A DNA stretch of 64,000 nucleotides, taken from contig CAJNYD010000322.1 of NCBI GenBank assembly GCA_905331295.1, positions 124,001 through 188,000 of the forward strand, given 5' to 3'. Made by a program: the position numbers and the translations under genes. The DNA is from Rotaria socialis. Its lineage: Eukaryota. This document shows, in pieces, positions 41,901 through 55,009 of the stretch; position 1 is the stretch's first letter; each line of letters starts with the position of its first letter. Below the pieces are notes generated by a model. That model saw only the letters and a program-made list of their open reading frames with translations, was not told the origin of the DNA and did no database searches.

Positions 41901-43776
41901 TGTCATGAGCATAATTTGGAGCTGTTATTTTTTTCTCTTGCAAAGTTTTGATAATTGTTGTATCATTATAATTTGTTTCAAGTGCTCTCAGATCATCGGA
42001 ATGAATATCCAATAAAAATTTAATCTATGTAAAATAAGTATTTCTGTAGTTTTTCTTACGAAAGAAAAAAAATGTTTCTTACTTGTTTTTGTTCTAAAAC
42101 AAGTTCAACGGTAGTTGATGCATGTTTTATCTTGATTTCTTCAATTTGTTTTTCAATTCCTCTGGCCGTATCAATTAAACCAAATAAATGAATACATCGT
42201 AGTTCCAACATTATAAAAACATTCTGAGTTTGTATTTTATTTTGTAGATTGAGAATAGCTTGTACTAAATAACTTTTATTAGTTGTTGTTAAGTCTGAGA
42301 TACATGGTAAAGAAATATCAGTGAATAAAAATTTTTGTAACATTTTGTCGAGAAAAGCATCGGTAGTACATAATGTAGGAAGTACGGTTGATTTGTCTTT
42401 ACTGAAATAGCTTATTAGTATGCCGATTTCTTCATGGCTACACAGTATTTGAAGATATTCATTCTGGTCAGCATACGCTTGTATAATTCGCGTACAATTT
42501 TTATATTTTACCCATTGACCTATGTTAGAATAAATTATTCTCAATACTCTGTGTTTGCTAAACTATTCTGATTAATTTAAATTAATTTTATAATTGATTA
42601 TATTTGCTTCCTTTAAATTTGAATTTACAAATATTAAATAAACAAAGTCTCACCTATTTCTTTGTGTTTTTTTTTTATAGATAATGTAATTTAATACAAC
42701 TATGAGAGATTTCATCAACATTTAGTTTTTTATGATGTCAATTGTGGTGTTAGCAAAATTTTACCCTAGAATTATTTAAGTAAAAGATTCAAGAAAAATT
42801 GAATTACCGATGTTCTGATCGACCAACTTTGTCATCACTGATGCAAGAAGAATTTTTAATGCTTCGAGTGCCGTATCATTTGCTATTTGATCTTTACTTT
42901 TGAATTCTATAATAATCATGTTTTCCAGAGTGCTTTGGTCTTCTATCTTAGTAATAGTTGTTTCAACTGAAAATATTTCTTTCATTTCAGTTTTCAACTT
43001 ATCACAGAATTTCGGTTGATCGAAAAATCCTCCAGCAGCGAGTTTACTTGCATATTTATGTTGACAAATTAGCATTGCTGGTTCATTACTGAAATAGAGA
43101 TATTTTTATTCAAAGATCGTGACTCTATTTGTATATAAATGAAAATTTAATTACTATAGTTCTCTTCTTGATGTGTTTGGTTGCCTCTACAACAGAAAAG
43201 AAAAACGAATCAGTTGATAGTAATCTACAAAATAAAATTTATTCGATTAATTTTACCAATGTCAACAGCGCATCTATATCTCCGAGTAGATCATCCTGTA
43301 AGAAAAATTAAATTAAATTAAAATCAGTTCGATAAAGTTTCAAAATGCACCAAAACGCTGATAGTTGATTTCTGATTAGTTATTGACTGCTCATTATTGA
43401 CTGCTATCACAGATAAATCCTATACAGATAACGTTCAATCATAAGTTACTCTATCAATTAATAGGATGTTTTTCCTCCTCACTGTGAAAGTATTTAATTG
43501 TGATATTGTACTCATTGATGATTGTGGCCGTCTAGGAGGACATTCATGTATCTCCTAATAAAAACAAATCATTCTTTATAATGCAAATTTGTATCCAAAA
43601 AGTAGTACATCTAGATGTTGATCGAAGTCGCCATTCATTATTTCTTCTTGAAAAAAAAAATATAAAAATTCATCAATTACTTGTTATTGTCGGCAAAGGT
43701 TTATTGTTGTTGTTCCAATTGAAATAAATCTACTTAGCTTACTGTCTAGTCTTTCTTTTTCATTTGCCGATGACAT
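38975..43776 (-). CDS. PARP14/PARP15-like mono-ADP-ribosyltransferase (macro domain, WWE, ART catalytic domain)
   Basis: Macro: IEIHKNDLAEQE|VDLVVI...SIAFPSIGCGKL. WWE: WAFQIDDNTWIKY..LIEDAY / YTIDF. ART: LPPYW, IERIQN, LFHGC, FNRSFAG, YGRGAYFS, MFVAYVLVG, IFVTYRDDQAYAAYLIVYQ*, with the stop at 38975-38977. The 5' exons and ATG at 43776 are tentative. Confidence 0.85.
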
Positions 43777-45066
43777 TATTTTTGATATTCAACTAGATAA
43801 ACACGATGATTCGTATTGATCAATTACTTTTCTAAATATAGATTGAAAAATAACGTACACACGAATTAGTTTCATCATTTTCATACACAAGCACAAATTG
43901 AAAACTCGTGGCAAAAAATAACTTTTCACAGGTGTACAGTCTATTGAAAAATTGCAAGGAAGAACGAATACTGTTTGCTCAGTTCTTTTATTGTTCTTTA
44001 TTGTATTTATTTTATTTAGAAGGTTTTTTCCAACTTCTTATGATTGCATCAGTTGTTAACAGCTCATTTTAATTCTTTGCTCTCTTTGCCGTTATATTCA
44101 GTGCATTTTTGTCTTGCTAGATGTAGTAACACTCAATAATAATAAAAATATCATTCATTATAATGCGATTCCTTCTGAAAGTTTATCTAGTAATGTTTAG
44201 AAAATAACATTTAATCGATTTTATGCTCTTTGTATGAAATATCCAAAGCAAATATTTGCTAAATGAACATTTTTTTTTTGTATCAATGAAACATCTTGAT
44301 CTAAATGATGATGCAACAATGACTTTACGACTTTGACTTTATTTATTGGACATGCGTATTCAATGAAAAGGATCAGCTGGATGTTACATTAATCGTTTTC
44401 TATTACAAGCATCATATGCTATTTCATAATAGTCACATATTCAAGCTTTGTATGTTTGAAAAAGAAATGAACCAATATGTGACAACATAAACGCAGATAG
44501 CTATAGTGTCAATCGTTTGTTCTTAGTTTCGGACACGTCCGTTGCTCTTTTTCTGGCCTTGAAAATATCATTTTTTTTCTTCTCTTCAATCAATATAAAC
44601 GAGAAGTTATAAGGTTGCGTCCTTCCATAAGAGATGATCGATCGCAATTGTAAGGTCAAATAATTCAAATCGTTTACTCTGTCAAATAGTGACTTGTCAA
44701 ATAGTGACTTGTCAAATGAATACTAACACTTTCAAATTTTATTCTTTTTTTCTGCTAATTACGATATTCTGTCCAACGGTCACACATACAATATGTATGT
44801 AAGAAAGAATGGACAAGAACAGAAATAAAAGAATTTTACTCTAGCCACTAAATGCAATCAATGGGAATGTTGATGAACTCATACTGTGACTCACAATAAA
44901 GGGAGTAGTAGCCGTAGAGAGAAAGCGAGAGTGAGAGCGAAAGCGAGAGAGAGAAATAAAAATCGAGCAAATAATAGATTTTTTTGTCATTTTCAATAGA
45001 TAGCTATAGGACAATACGTATTGACTAAACAAAATGATTATGTATTGACTAAAGACAAGATTCAAT

Positions 45067-47529
45067 ATGCACTCGGCTCTCAGGTTTCATTGTATTCACA
45101 CAATAAAACGTAATTAACAAAATCTATTTTTAATTTAGACCAAAACCTCCAGTCAAGATACCTCCATCTCTTATTCCATCAACAATCGATCATCCTTCAC
45201 AATCATTAATAAGAAAATCTTCTACTCAACAAAATGATCATCATCAAAAACCTATAAAAATTACCGATGATTATCGTCACACTTCTTTATCGTTGAATCA
45301 TACAACAATAGCAAGATGTTGTTGGTCTTTAGGTTTAAGAAATTCGAAGGGAAAATATTTAACATCAGAGAGTTTTGGCAATAAAATTAATGCTAGTAAG
45401 TATCATTCAGAAACAAAAAAAAATCAATACTATTCGAAATTTCGTTTTCAGCTGGTACATCTTTGAAAAGAAAGCAGATATGGACAATTATTTATAATTT
45501 TCAAAATGATTGTGTTTATCTTCAATCATCATTAAATCATTATTTATCTACCGATAAGTATGGTCGTTTGAAATGTGATTCTAATAAACTTAATGATGAT
45601 TGCTATTTTCAACTTGAATACAATCGAATTGGTCAATGGGCATTTAAATCTGTAACATATCATATGTATTTCGGTGGCGATAATGATCATCTTCATTGTT
45701 TTAGTAAATCACCAGAATGGTGGTCACCTCATTTAGCTGTTCAATCACAAGTAAATGATTTATCTATTTTTTCGTTTTCGACTAATTGTTCATTCTGTAA
45801 CTTTAGATTAATTTAAAACATGTTCTTCGTAAACGTTATGCTAAATTGGATGATGATGAAATTCATGTTGATGAAATAATTCCATGGGGTAGTGATGCAA
45901 TAATTGCAGTTGAATATCTTGATGATCATTATTGTATAAGATCAAGTAATGGATTTTATGTTCATAAAGATGGAAAACTAACAACAATAAAAACTAATGA
46001 AACATTATTTACAATTGAACTCTATAAAGGATATTTAACATTTAAAGATTGTGATCAATCTTATTTAACAGCTATTGGTCCATTGGGAATATTGACAACA
46101 AGAAATAAAATAGCTGGCAAAGATGAACAATTTCTTTTAGAGGAAAGCAAATTACAAATATGTCTAGTAGCATCAAATGGAAAACTTGTTTCAATAAAAC
46201 AAGGCATTGATTTATCAGCTAATCAATATGAACGTGATCATAGTAGTATATTTCAACTTGAATATGATGATGATTTTCATGCGTATCATATTCGAACATA
46301 TGATGATAAATATTGGAAAATTGAAGGTTTTAATGTACAGGCAATTGCAGATAAAAGGTAAACTATTGAGCTCATGCAATAATGATAACATTTACTTGTT
46401 GTTGTTTTTGTGTACTCAAAAAGTGAGTACACTCTAGAATCGGTCAGTGTGTCCGGCCGTAGGCACGATAACTTGTGAAAGGAGAGTCAGACCGTGATGA
46501 AATTTTCCACACAGTTCAATCTCATGAATATCTCGGTCGAGTTCGAAGATGAGAAGAATCCCTCAAGAAATGGTTGAGTTATCGAAAAAATTGTCAGTTT
46601 TGACCAGGCCATCCCTGAGGAGGAGTACAGGGAATTTTTTTCAAAAAATAAATCTTTCTCAGAATTATTCACAACATATATAAATCGACTCAGTTTTTAA
46701 CGCTGATTCCGAATCTGATATTAGTTTTGAACTAAACCGTAGCTTTCTGATGAAACATCGCCTGAAAAACGTCTCAAAATGCACAAAAACTGCATCCAGA
46801 AATCAAATTGCCTAGTTTCTCATGATAATTTTGGTGTTCAGACATTCTAGAATGACTCATATGTCCCATGCACTTTTTGCAGTACACATAACTTTCGGAT
46901 GAAATCCGAAGTTTCCACATTTATTTATATATATTAAATTTAGGTCGATTGAAACAAGTTTTCAAATTCAATCAGTTGGTCACGGACGTATAAAATTTCA
47001 AACATCGAATGAAAAGTTTCTTGTTCCACATGCTACTGGGCATTTACGTGTTGTAAACGAACAAATAAGTTCAAATGATGCTTATTTTTCAATAAAATTT
47101 ATTAATCGTCCATTTTGTATATTTAAATGTGATTTTGGTCATATTGGTTATCGTAATAAACAATCTCGTATACTTGAATGCAATAAAGCTTTATCTACTT
47201 TATTTTCATTGGAAGAACCACATGATGGAACACACAGCGAAGGAATTATATATCTTAAAGGTTTAGAAAATTCAACAATATCAATAAAAATCATTCCTGT
47301 TTTCCTTTTCTTTACATTAGGATCTGATGGAGTTTATTGGGAAATTTTAAATGATTTAAGTATCTGCGTTAATGGATGTGAACCATCGAAATTTGCATTA
47401 GAATTGTGTCCATCACATTCACGAGTTGTAATAAAAGCACCAAATGGAATGTATCTACGAGCAGAACAAAATGGAAGTATACAAGCAACCTGTCAGAATA
47501 GTCGACAAGCAACACAATGGGAGTTTTAA
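45067..47529 (+). CDS. FSCN1: Fascin (four beta-trefoil actin-bundling protein)
   Basis: WSLGLRNSKGKYLTSESFGNKINA|TGTSLKRKQIW, HLAVQSQ, IPWGSDA, AGKDEQFLLEES, VSIKQGIDLSANQ, KFINRP, APNGMYLRAEQNG, and C-terminal QWEF*. The start exon is tentative. Confidence 0.93.
46405..46920 (+). mobile_element. Helentron-associated / DINE-1-like non-autonomous rolling-circle element in a fascin intron
   Basis: T-run start; subTIR tgtgtactcaaaaagtg (46409-46425) / cactttttgcagtacaca (46871-46888); 5' hairpin gtactca-aaaag-tgagtac; 3' stem-loop aactttcggat-gaa-atccgaagtt a few nt from the end; no TSD. Confidence 0.75.
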
Positions 47530-48823
47530 AAGGCTACTTTTTTTCCTACTTTCAATACAATTAACGATGCGCATGACAATTTTCAATTGACTAAATTTTT
47601 ATTGTTGTGTATAAGAAAAGATAAATAGAAGATACGAATTATTTTTACAAGTATCATTATTCAAATTAAGGCATGACTCTTTATTCTTATTTTATTGTTT
47701 GTTTTTGACCGTACGCTTGTTTTTTATTCTTCTTCTGACACTCAAATTATTGATCGACTATGTAGCTGATAAGCATCTTTTTTGGCGAATAGAACCGATG
47801 TTATTCAATTGTGAAAGTAATTTACAATTGTAGTGGATTCAGATAGAATGATTGGTGTTGATGCTTATGCTTATGCTTTTTTGTTTGACGATGTTTTGTG
47901 ATGAAAAAAATACAAGTAAAATTGAAGATTTATTAATTCGTTTTAATTTCAAGTGACTTGAACTGTAAGAACACATATTGAGCTAAGATAAATAAATGAT
48001 GTTTGAATTCTCAAGTACTCAATCTGAACATCGCTTATCTTTCTTAAACAAAAAAAAAGAAAAGAAAAAAAGGGTAGATAATAGTTTTATAGTTTAACTT
48101 AATCTCAGGAATGAAAATAAAATGATTTTCAATAAAATGATATGAGCAGTCAATATCGGAGATAATTAGTGATTAAATTTTTCTTCTTAGATCTATCAAG
48201 TTTAACACTATTAAGAGTAATTATTCAATAAATTATCTCAATAATAATGATGCTTAGATTGCCTAGGGCAACGTATTGTTTTTAAAGATCAAAATTTTCC
48301 AATAGTCGACTTTTTTCTTGGCTATCAATTTAGAGTAGTTTGTGACTGATTTATTCATTTAGAACTCTAAATCAACTACATTCAGATAAATCTGTACCGA
48401 TGCTTAGAGCGTATTTTCAATTGTTAGCACGCAGATTTTTATTCATCTACAACTGTATGAAAACCAAATAGCAATTTCGGAATTAAATTACGAGGGCTAT
48501 AAGACTAACATATTGAAATCTCATCAGAAAGAAAAATTCGATTTAACAAAACATTAGAAACGACAAAATGTTACTTTATATGAATCGGATGTCGTTGAAT
48601 GACAAAAGGAATCCATTAAGTATCGAAGTATTTTTGTTGTTGCAAACAAGACACTTTCTCAATTCTGTGGTCGAACAACAAAAAGTGTTAAGAAACCGCT
48701 TTTTCCCCTTTCTATCTAGTTTCTGATAGCCAATGATTTATTCACGTGCTCATACATGCATGAAATAATATTTAAAAAAAAAGAAAGAAATTTCTCAATT
48801 TTTATTTTGTTCTACATATTAGT

Positions 48824-50026
48824 TTATGTGAAAACTGCCCGTCGTGTCACATTAATAGCTAATGAATGCAAACCATCAAGCGTCATAACTTTTGATTGAA
48901 GAGCCATTAATGTTGCATATTCTCGCGCTATGTAAATATTAAACGGCTCTTTTTCATAACCATCGTATGCGTTTTCACGAAACATTCTTTCTGAAAATAA
49001 ACTTGTTGAATGTGCGTAACATTTTAAATGATATACAGATGTTCGATAAGTAGTGATTTTTGAATCACATGATACATCAACTTGTCCTTCAATAAATGAA
49101 AATGTTGACTTTAATTTCTCTATTGCTGATGGAAAATCAATCGTTACATTTTTTCGAGTTCCATCAGATTGTTTTAATGTAGATAGAAGAGTATGAGCAA
49201 ATTGCTTAATTTGATCAGTTTTACCATACCAAGTTGAATAATCTGGCGTTGTACCAATAAGAAATGAACATTTAATGGGAATATATTTTCCAAACTGTGT
49301 TGTTAAAAATGTGTTCATCGTTGTAACCATTAGTAAATCATACATATTTGCTTCGTTTCTATTTGTATAATCATAAATAGCAAATAAACGATCAATATTA
49401 GGATGAAGTTTATTCGCTGGATTAAGCAGTGGATACTTGCCAATATAGAGTTGCCGTTGAGATCGAGATCTTTGTGAAAATAATTTATGATTAACAAGTA
49501 TACATCGTGAGATTTGCCGACGAGATGTTCGTTGATTTTCTACACGACAATCTAGATGTTCTAATACTTTTCGTGTACGACTCGGAAATTGATCAGCAAT
49601 AAGTATAATTATATCCGTACGCCAATGATCTAATGTAAACATTTCTGATTCTATCCAACTTCGATAAAACCAACGGAATTGTACAAAATAATAATCGGAT
49701 TTTAATGACGGAAAACTAACAATAACACCACGAACTATTGGTTGTGAACGGTATTTTTCAATAGGTATTGAATAATCATGACACTTTATCGAAGGTTCAA
49801 TGATATTTTGGTTAGATTCATTCGCTGGCGTTAGCAAATTTGCCCTTGAACCATGAGCCTCACCACTTGGTAAAAACTTCACACCAGAAACATTTTCATT
49901 TGACTCGTGAACGATATTTTCAAAAGATTCATATGTTGGAGTCAAAAAATGAAGAATAAAGACACAACACACGAGTATTGCAGCTGTTAAGAATAATAAG
50001 GAGGAAACTGTTTTAAAACGAAACAT
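48824..50026 (-). CDS. Intronless 400-aa predicted type II membrane protein, resembling the DUF7164 / GT-A-like family
   Basis: Single long ORF with an N-terminal hydrophobic anchor (LLFLTAAILVCCVFILHFL) and a stem region. Motifs VRGVIVSFP..FRWFYRSW..WRTDIII and YDLLMVTTMNTFLT are recalled as similar to DUF7164 proteins; not database-checked. Confidence 0.6.
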   Translation of the reverse strand: MFRFKTVSSLLFLTAAILVCCVFILHFLTPTYESFENIVHESNENVSGVKFLPSGEAHGSRANLLTPANESNQNIIEPSIKCHDYSIPIEKYRSQPIVRGVIVSFPSLKSDYYFVQFRWFYRSWIESEMFTLDHWRTDIIILIADQFPSRTRKVLEHLDCRVENQRTSRRQISRCILVNHKLFSQRSRSQRQLYIGKYPLLNPANKLHPNIDRLFAIYDYTNRNEANMYDLLMVTTMNTFLTTQFGKYIPIKCSFLIGTTPDYSTWYGKTDQIKQFAHTLLSTLKQSDGTRKNVTIDFPSAIEKLKSTFSFIEGQVDVSCDSKITTYRTSVYHLKCYAHSTSLFSERMFRENAYDGYEKEPFNIYIAREYATLMALQSKVMTLDGLHSLAINVTRRAVFT

Positions 50027-52728
50027 TTAAAGAAAAATGAGAACAACATAAGTCTCTAATCGAAAAGAAAATGCTCTTTATTCTGGCACTTTTTTTTGTA
50101 TGCATCAATGTTGACTGATTTCTTCCACTATACAAACAGAACATAAAAGAAGAAGAAATAACTGATTTGAAAGTGCATATGATTGGTATCGTTCTGTCAT
50201 TTAATTTATTCAAAATTCTTCTCTCTAAAGCATGTGTTCTTGGTCAGCTGCCATTAACAACAAATTTTGAGTATCATAATTCAAAAGTATTGAAAAAAAT
50301 AACGACAAAGATTAGAATGAAACTTCACCGTTCTATTATAACTAGCCTTATGACTTCGCACTGTTGAATTTTACCTGTGAAAGATAAATTCCTTCTAAGT
50401 TTCTTTATCCTTCGCTAGTAATTAATACCATATGAAACAATAATAAAATCTAGGAAAGATGGGAACAGAAGTGTAATGTTGGTCAAGTAGTATCAATATT
50501 TCTTTAGAATGTATCATAAAAGCGTAAATTAGATCCGTTGAGATAGGTTGAAAATGACCATTCTTTCTTTCTTTCTGATGAAAATATTTTAATTAATAAA
50601 ATATGAATAGATGAAAGTATTTTCTCTTTGACTTTGCTTCTCAGAGCATGAATAATCTCTTTCAAAAAGATACATTTTTCTTTTCTGATGAATTTCATAT
50701 TTCAAAAATTTCTCATTTTCTTTTGTTTGCTGTCCGTGATGCATGCACGTATGTTTACACCATAGGGTAAAGATTATTTTCACTGCACAGAAAAAGGTTT
50801 TTTTTTATTCCTATCGTAAGATGAGTGCACACATAACTATAACAATAGACGCCAGTTATTATGATCAAGTGTGGCGAGCCATTAATATGTTACATTTAGA
50901 ACCATATAGAGAAGATTGAATCGATTAGTGAGTTCAATAGAAATTTATTAAGTTAGACCAATTCTTTTGACATTACATCGCATCGATTAGTTTAAACAAG
51001 TAGATTATATTTACTATTCATATTACTATTATTTGGATAAAAATAATTATCTACAAAATAATCACGGTAACCAGCATGAAGATGAATATTACAAGCGACT
51101 ACGTACAAAGAAGTCGAAATATTGATTTGTTTTTGAATATTAAAAAGATTTTGTAGAATCTTGTATCGATATAAAAATTGGGTTTCCTTTTTTGTTGTAA
51201 TTTTTTTTATATTCTTATTATTGAAATATGGATAATATATAAAATAGTCAAGATGGCAAGTGCAAATTTATTTTAGATTCAGATTGATGATGAATGAGAC
51301 ACAACAACATCGTTATGTAATAGAAAATTCATATATAGTAGTTCGAAAATATACAAATTGCTACCTTCATGGACAGTCCAAGTTTAATATGTAGAATTAT
51401 GAAGTCCAACACATCTATATACTATCTATATAGTTCCTTAGAGTCCCATATAATACAGTAGAAGATATTACATTTATGACTTTCGTCTGTTCTGTTGAAT
51501 AAGACTGCAAAGTCTCAAATTTCAGATTTGATTTTATCCATTATACGATAATTCGAAATGACAAAATATCTTACTATTCATACTGAATAATTCAGTATGA
51601 ACACTGTTCATTAGCAAAACAAATTTTTGGAAAAATGATAATTCCGAATGAATTGAGTAACTTGAAAATATTATGGACATTTTTTTTATAATACTCTATT
51701 GTAGTATTTCAAAATAAAATATAATACAGAAAATTGTGATCAATTCGCTGAGTAGAAGAAAATACTGCCCTTAAGTTCAAACCTGTGCCTGTAATTTCCC
51801 AGTGAAAATATGTTCTGAAAGTTTTCAAAGCTCGATAAATATTTTCAGCTGAATATCTAGGCACATATTTATATTTTAGGAACTATGGATCTTTCTACTA
51901 TGAAAACTTCACAAAAAATGTCTGTGCCGATTTACTAAAGGAAATATTAATGTCGAATCTTTACATTTTCCGTGGTATTCCTATAGAAGAAACTCATTGT
52001 CTCTTTGGTGAATACTATTGATATTAGCAGCACAATCCCAATGACCCGATGATCAAACAACTGACTTTTATTGTTGAAAACTTAATATCAATGCTCATAA
52101 ATAGTAACCTTTAGAAAAAGTAAATTCGATCATTTACATATGTCGATAAATAACAAACAAATATCTACTATATCATGAGATCAATTCCTCAAATACTAAT
52201 AATTATCATTGTATTTTATTGATCTTATTTTAAGAAGCGAAGCTGAGCGATAAATTTTGTTTTGTAATATTGATCATAAATGGAATTAATTTACTAGGAA
52301 AAACAAATAAATAATTGTAATGATTTGAAACATACAAAATAGAATACATAGTAAATACATGCTAGAAACATCGTCCTTCTATAACTTCTATGTGCTACAC
52401 TTGATCAAGAGAATGACGATAAGAAAAAAAAATTCAATCTTTTGTTGTGCAAGGGCGACATCTGGAAACAACCTTCATAGATATAATAATACAAGTACAT
52501 ATTGGTTGAATTAATTTCCATTTGAAAATATGGCTCAGGTTGAGAATGAGAAGAACAAGATTATGGTCTTTGATATCTTTAGAAGCACCACAAAATCACA
52601 GAATGATGATAAGTCTACTCATAAAATAAATTAAAATGAAATTTTCAAGGTTATTATTGACAAAGATAAAATCTGTCATATAATTATTAAATAAGGATTA
52701 AGTTAATATGAAGTTTAAAACTTCAACG

Positions 52729-52959
<231 letters not shown>

Positions 52960-53037
52960 CTTCAACGATCGGTTGAAAATTATTTTATTTTATTTTTATA
53001 ACAAATTATCTATGTATTGCAGTTAACTTACTTTTAG

Positions 53038-54761
53038 ATGTCATGTGATGTTGTAATTTGTACTGAGCCAAACTGTTCAAGTACTGACACATTTCTATGC
53101 GTGAAACATTGTCAACGTTATGTATGCTTTGAACACTTACAAGAACATCATCGTATTTATGAACAAGAGAAGAATGATTTACCGAAGGAATTTCGTCGAA
53201 AAATTCAAAGACGATTTGCTTTATATAATAGACTCATTGATGAAAAAAAGCTCAATGAACAAGAAAAACGCGATATCGAAATAGCCTGTACAGAAATACG
53301 ACGCACATATGAACAGCGAAGGCATGACTATCATCAATTACAAACAGAAGCAACATCTGTAATTGAACCAAAATCAACAATAAACGATTTAAAAAAATAT
53401 TTAGAAAAATTAGATGTTGCCATTGAACGTGAACAACAACGAGAACGTGTTTATTCAGATTCGAATGCACCAGTTAATATTAAACTTGAACCCAATGAAT
53501 TTATCGATAATATAAATTTTAATAATCAAATGTAAGTTGTTAAATTAAATCGATAGTTGTGATATTCATATGACTTTTTCTTCATTCTAGAACCAATCAT
53601 GTACATCATCTTGCATCAAATTCTCGTAAGGACTGTTAAATTTTCCATCTGTTTTTTAATGTTGTATTATTAGTAGCGAACAGTACAAGTTTATCAATCG
53701 ACAATCAAGATAATAAATCTGAAAAGTCAGCACTTATGCAGATTTATTTATTGTTCTGCATTGTTTATTTTTAGTTCATTGGCAGAGGAAGGAGAACATA
53801 GTGATTTGAATTTTAGTGATATTGGTGAAAATGATTCAGTAAGTATAAAATATTTTCTTAGAACAGTGTTCGTATCATTTATCGAATGAAAATTAATTGT
53901 TAAGAAGATAGAAATATGATCTTTCACTATTTCGAATGGTTTCACATGTAGAAATTGTTTAAGCGATAGTTATTAGATATACTATTTTAATACTACAAAT
54001 TTTTAAGTTTACTTTTACATACACAATAAAACATACTTATATTGTTTGCTTTCATTTATGATAATGCGAGGACTATGAAGATAATCATCGTCGAAGAGCG
54101 TCAAACAATCATTCAACATCGTCATCATCAAATATAAATCAATCTATAACGATTTATCGTGGTTTATGTCCTTTAACGCGTTCAGGTGTCTTTGGTATTC
54201 TTCCAACGCACAATATTCGTTTATGTGAAGGAAAATCAAGTTGTCTCTATAATCATTTACAAAGTTTTCACCACATAACGGCCTGTAGTGCATATAAAAT
54301 TTGTAAAGCTCTTTTCAAACAACGCGATTCGTTAACAACCGTACTTTTTGGTGCAAAAGATGTACTATATAATAAAAATTTTCATGTGGCATGTCCATTT
54401 AATCAAGATTCAAAAAATCCATTTGATTGCCAACCAAAATATATAATAAAAGCTCCATGTTCATCAAAAATATCACGTTTTGATATGCCAAGACATTTAC
54501 GCGATGTTCATCATGTTTATCGGAATTGTGCTCTTAAAATAGTGGCTGAAATGCGACGTTGTTCAAAAAACTCCGATACAATGGATATGGCTATATTAAA
54601 TCGTAACGTTTTTGATAAGCATGAAAATATTATTGAATTAATTGATGAAAAACCTAATACACAAGTAAATTTGACAACGATTTTTGTTTAGTTTTTCGTT
54701 CAATATTTTAAAGTTTTCTTGATGATTCTAGACTGTCAAAAAGATTAAACGAGAAAAATAA
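53038..54761 (+). CDS. Uncharacterised Cys/His-rich protein: N-terminal B-box-like Zn finger, coiled coil, two C-terminal Zn-binding-like repeats
   Basis: CTEPNC..LCVKHCQRYVCFEHLQEHH; phase-compatible exons at about 53038-53531, 53591-53625, 53677-53725, 53775-53838, 54071-54664 and 54732-54761 (TVKKIKREK*). Confidence 0.7.
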
Positions 54762-55009
54762 ACCGACATGTGCCATCAACAAATATTAATTTATGCTCAA
54801 TGCTCAGATATATATTAGGTCCCTGTTTTGGTTCGATCTCAAATTCTGATGTTCTCGTACGAACCTTATCTCTCTATATTTGATGATCATAATTTCATTT
54901 TGTTCTTTTTATTTGTACTTTTTCCAAAGATGTGATATTCTAATTGCTTAATTTTGTGAATTCAGTGACAATGTAATATTCTTTCATTATGTTTTTCATT
55001 CAATTTTAG

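Noticed and set aside
43865..43910. ISRE/IRF-like motif upstream of the PARP gene
   Set aside because: The TTTC half-site spacing does not match the consensus, and such strings are common in AT-rich DNA.
44681..44717. 15-bp tandem duplication gtcaaatagtgactt (about 2.5 copies)
   Set aside because: Real, but most simply a slippage duplication; no evidence of function.
46487..46672. 61-aa minus-strand ORF in the fascin intron as a transposase fragment
   Set aside because: No Rep, helicase or DDE motifs; it lies inside a non-autonomous element.
50862..52407. 14-bp inverted match tgatcaagtgtggc / gctacacttgatca about 1.5 kb apart as TIRs
   Set aside because: No TSD, no further homology and no coding remnant; cannot be told from chance.
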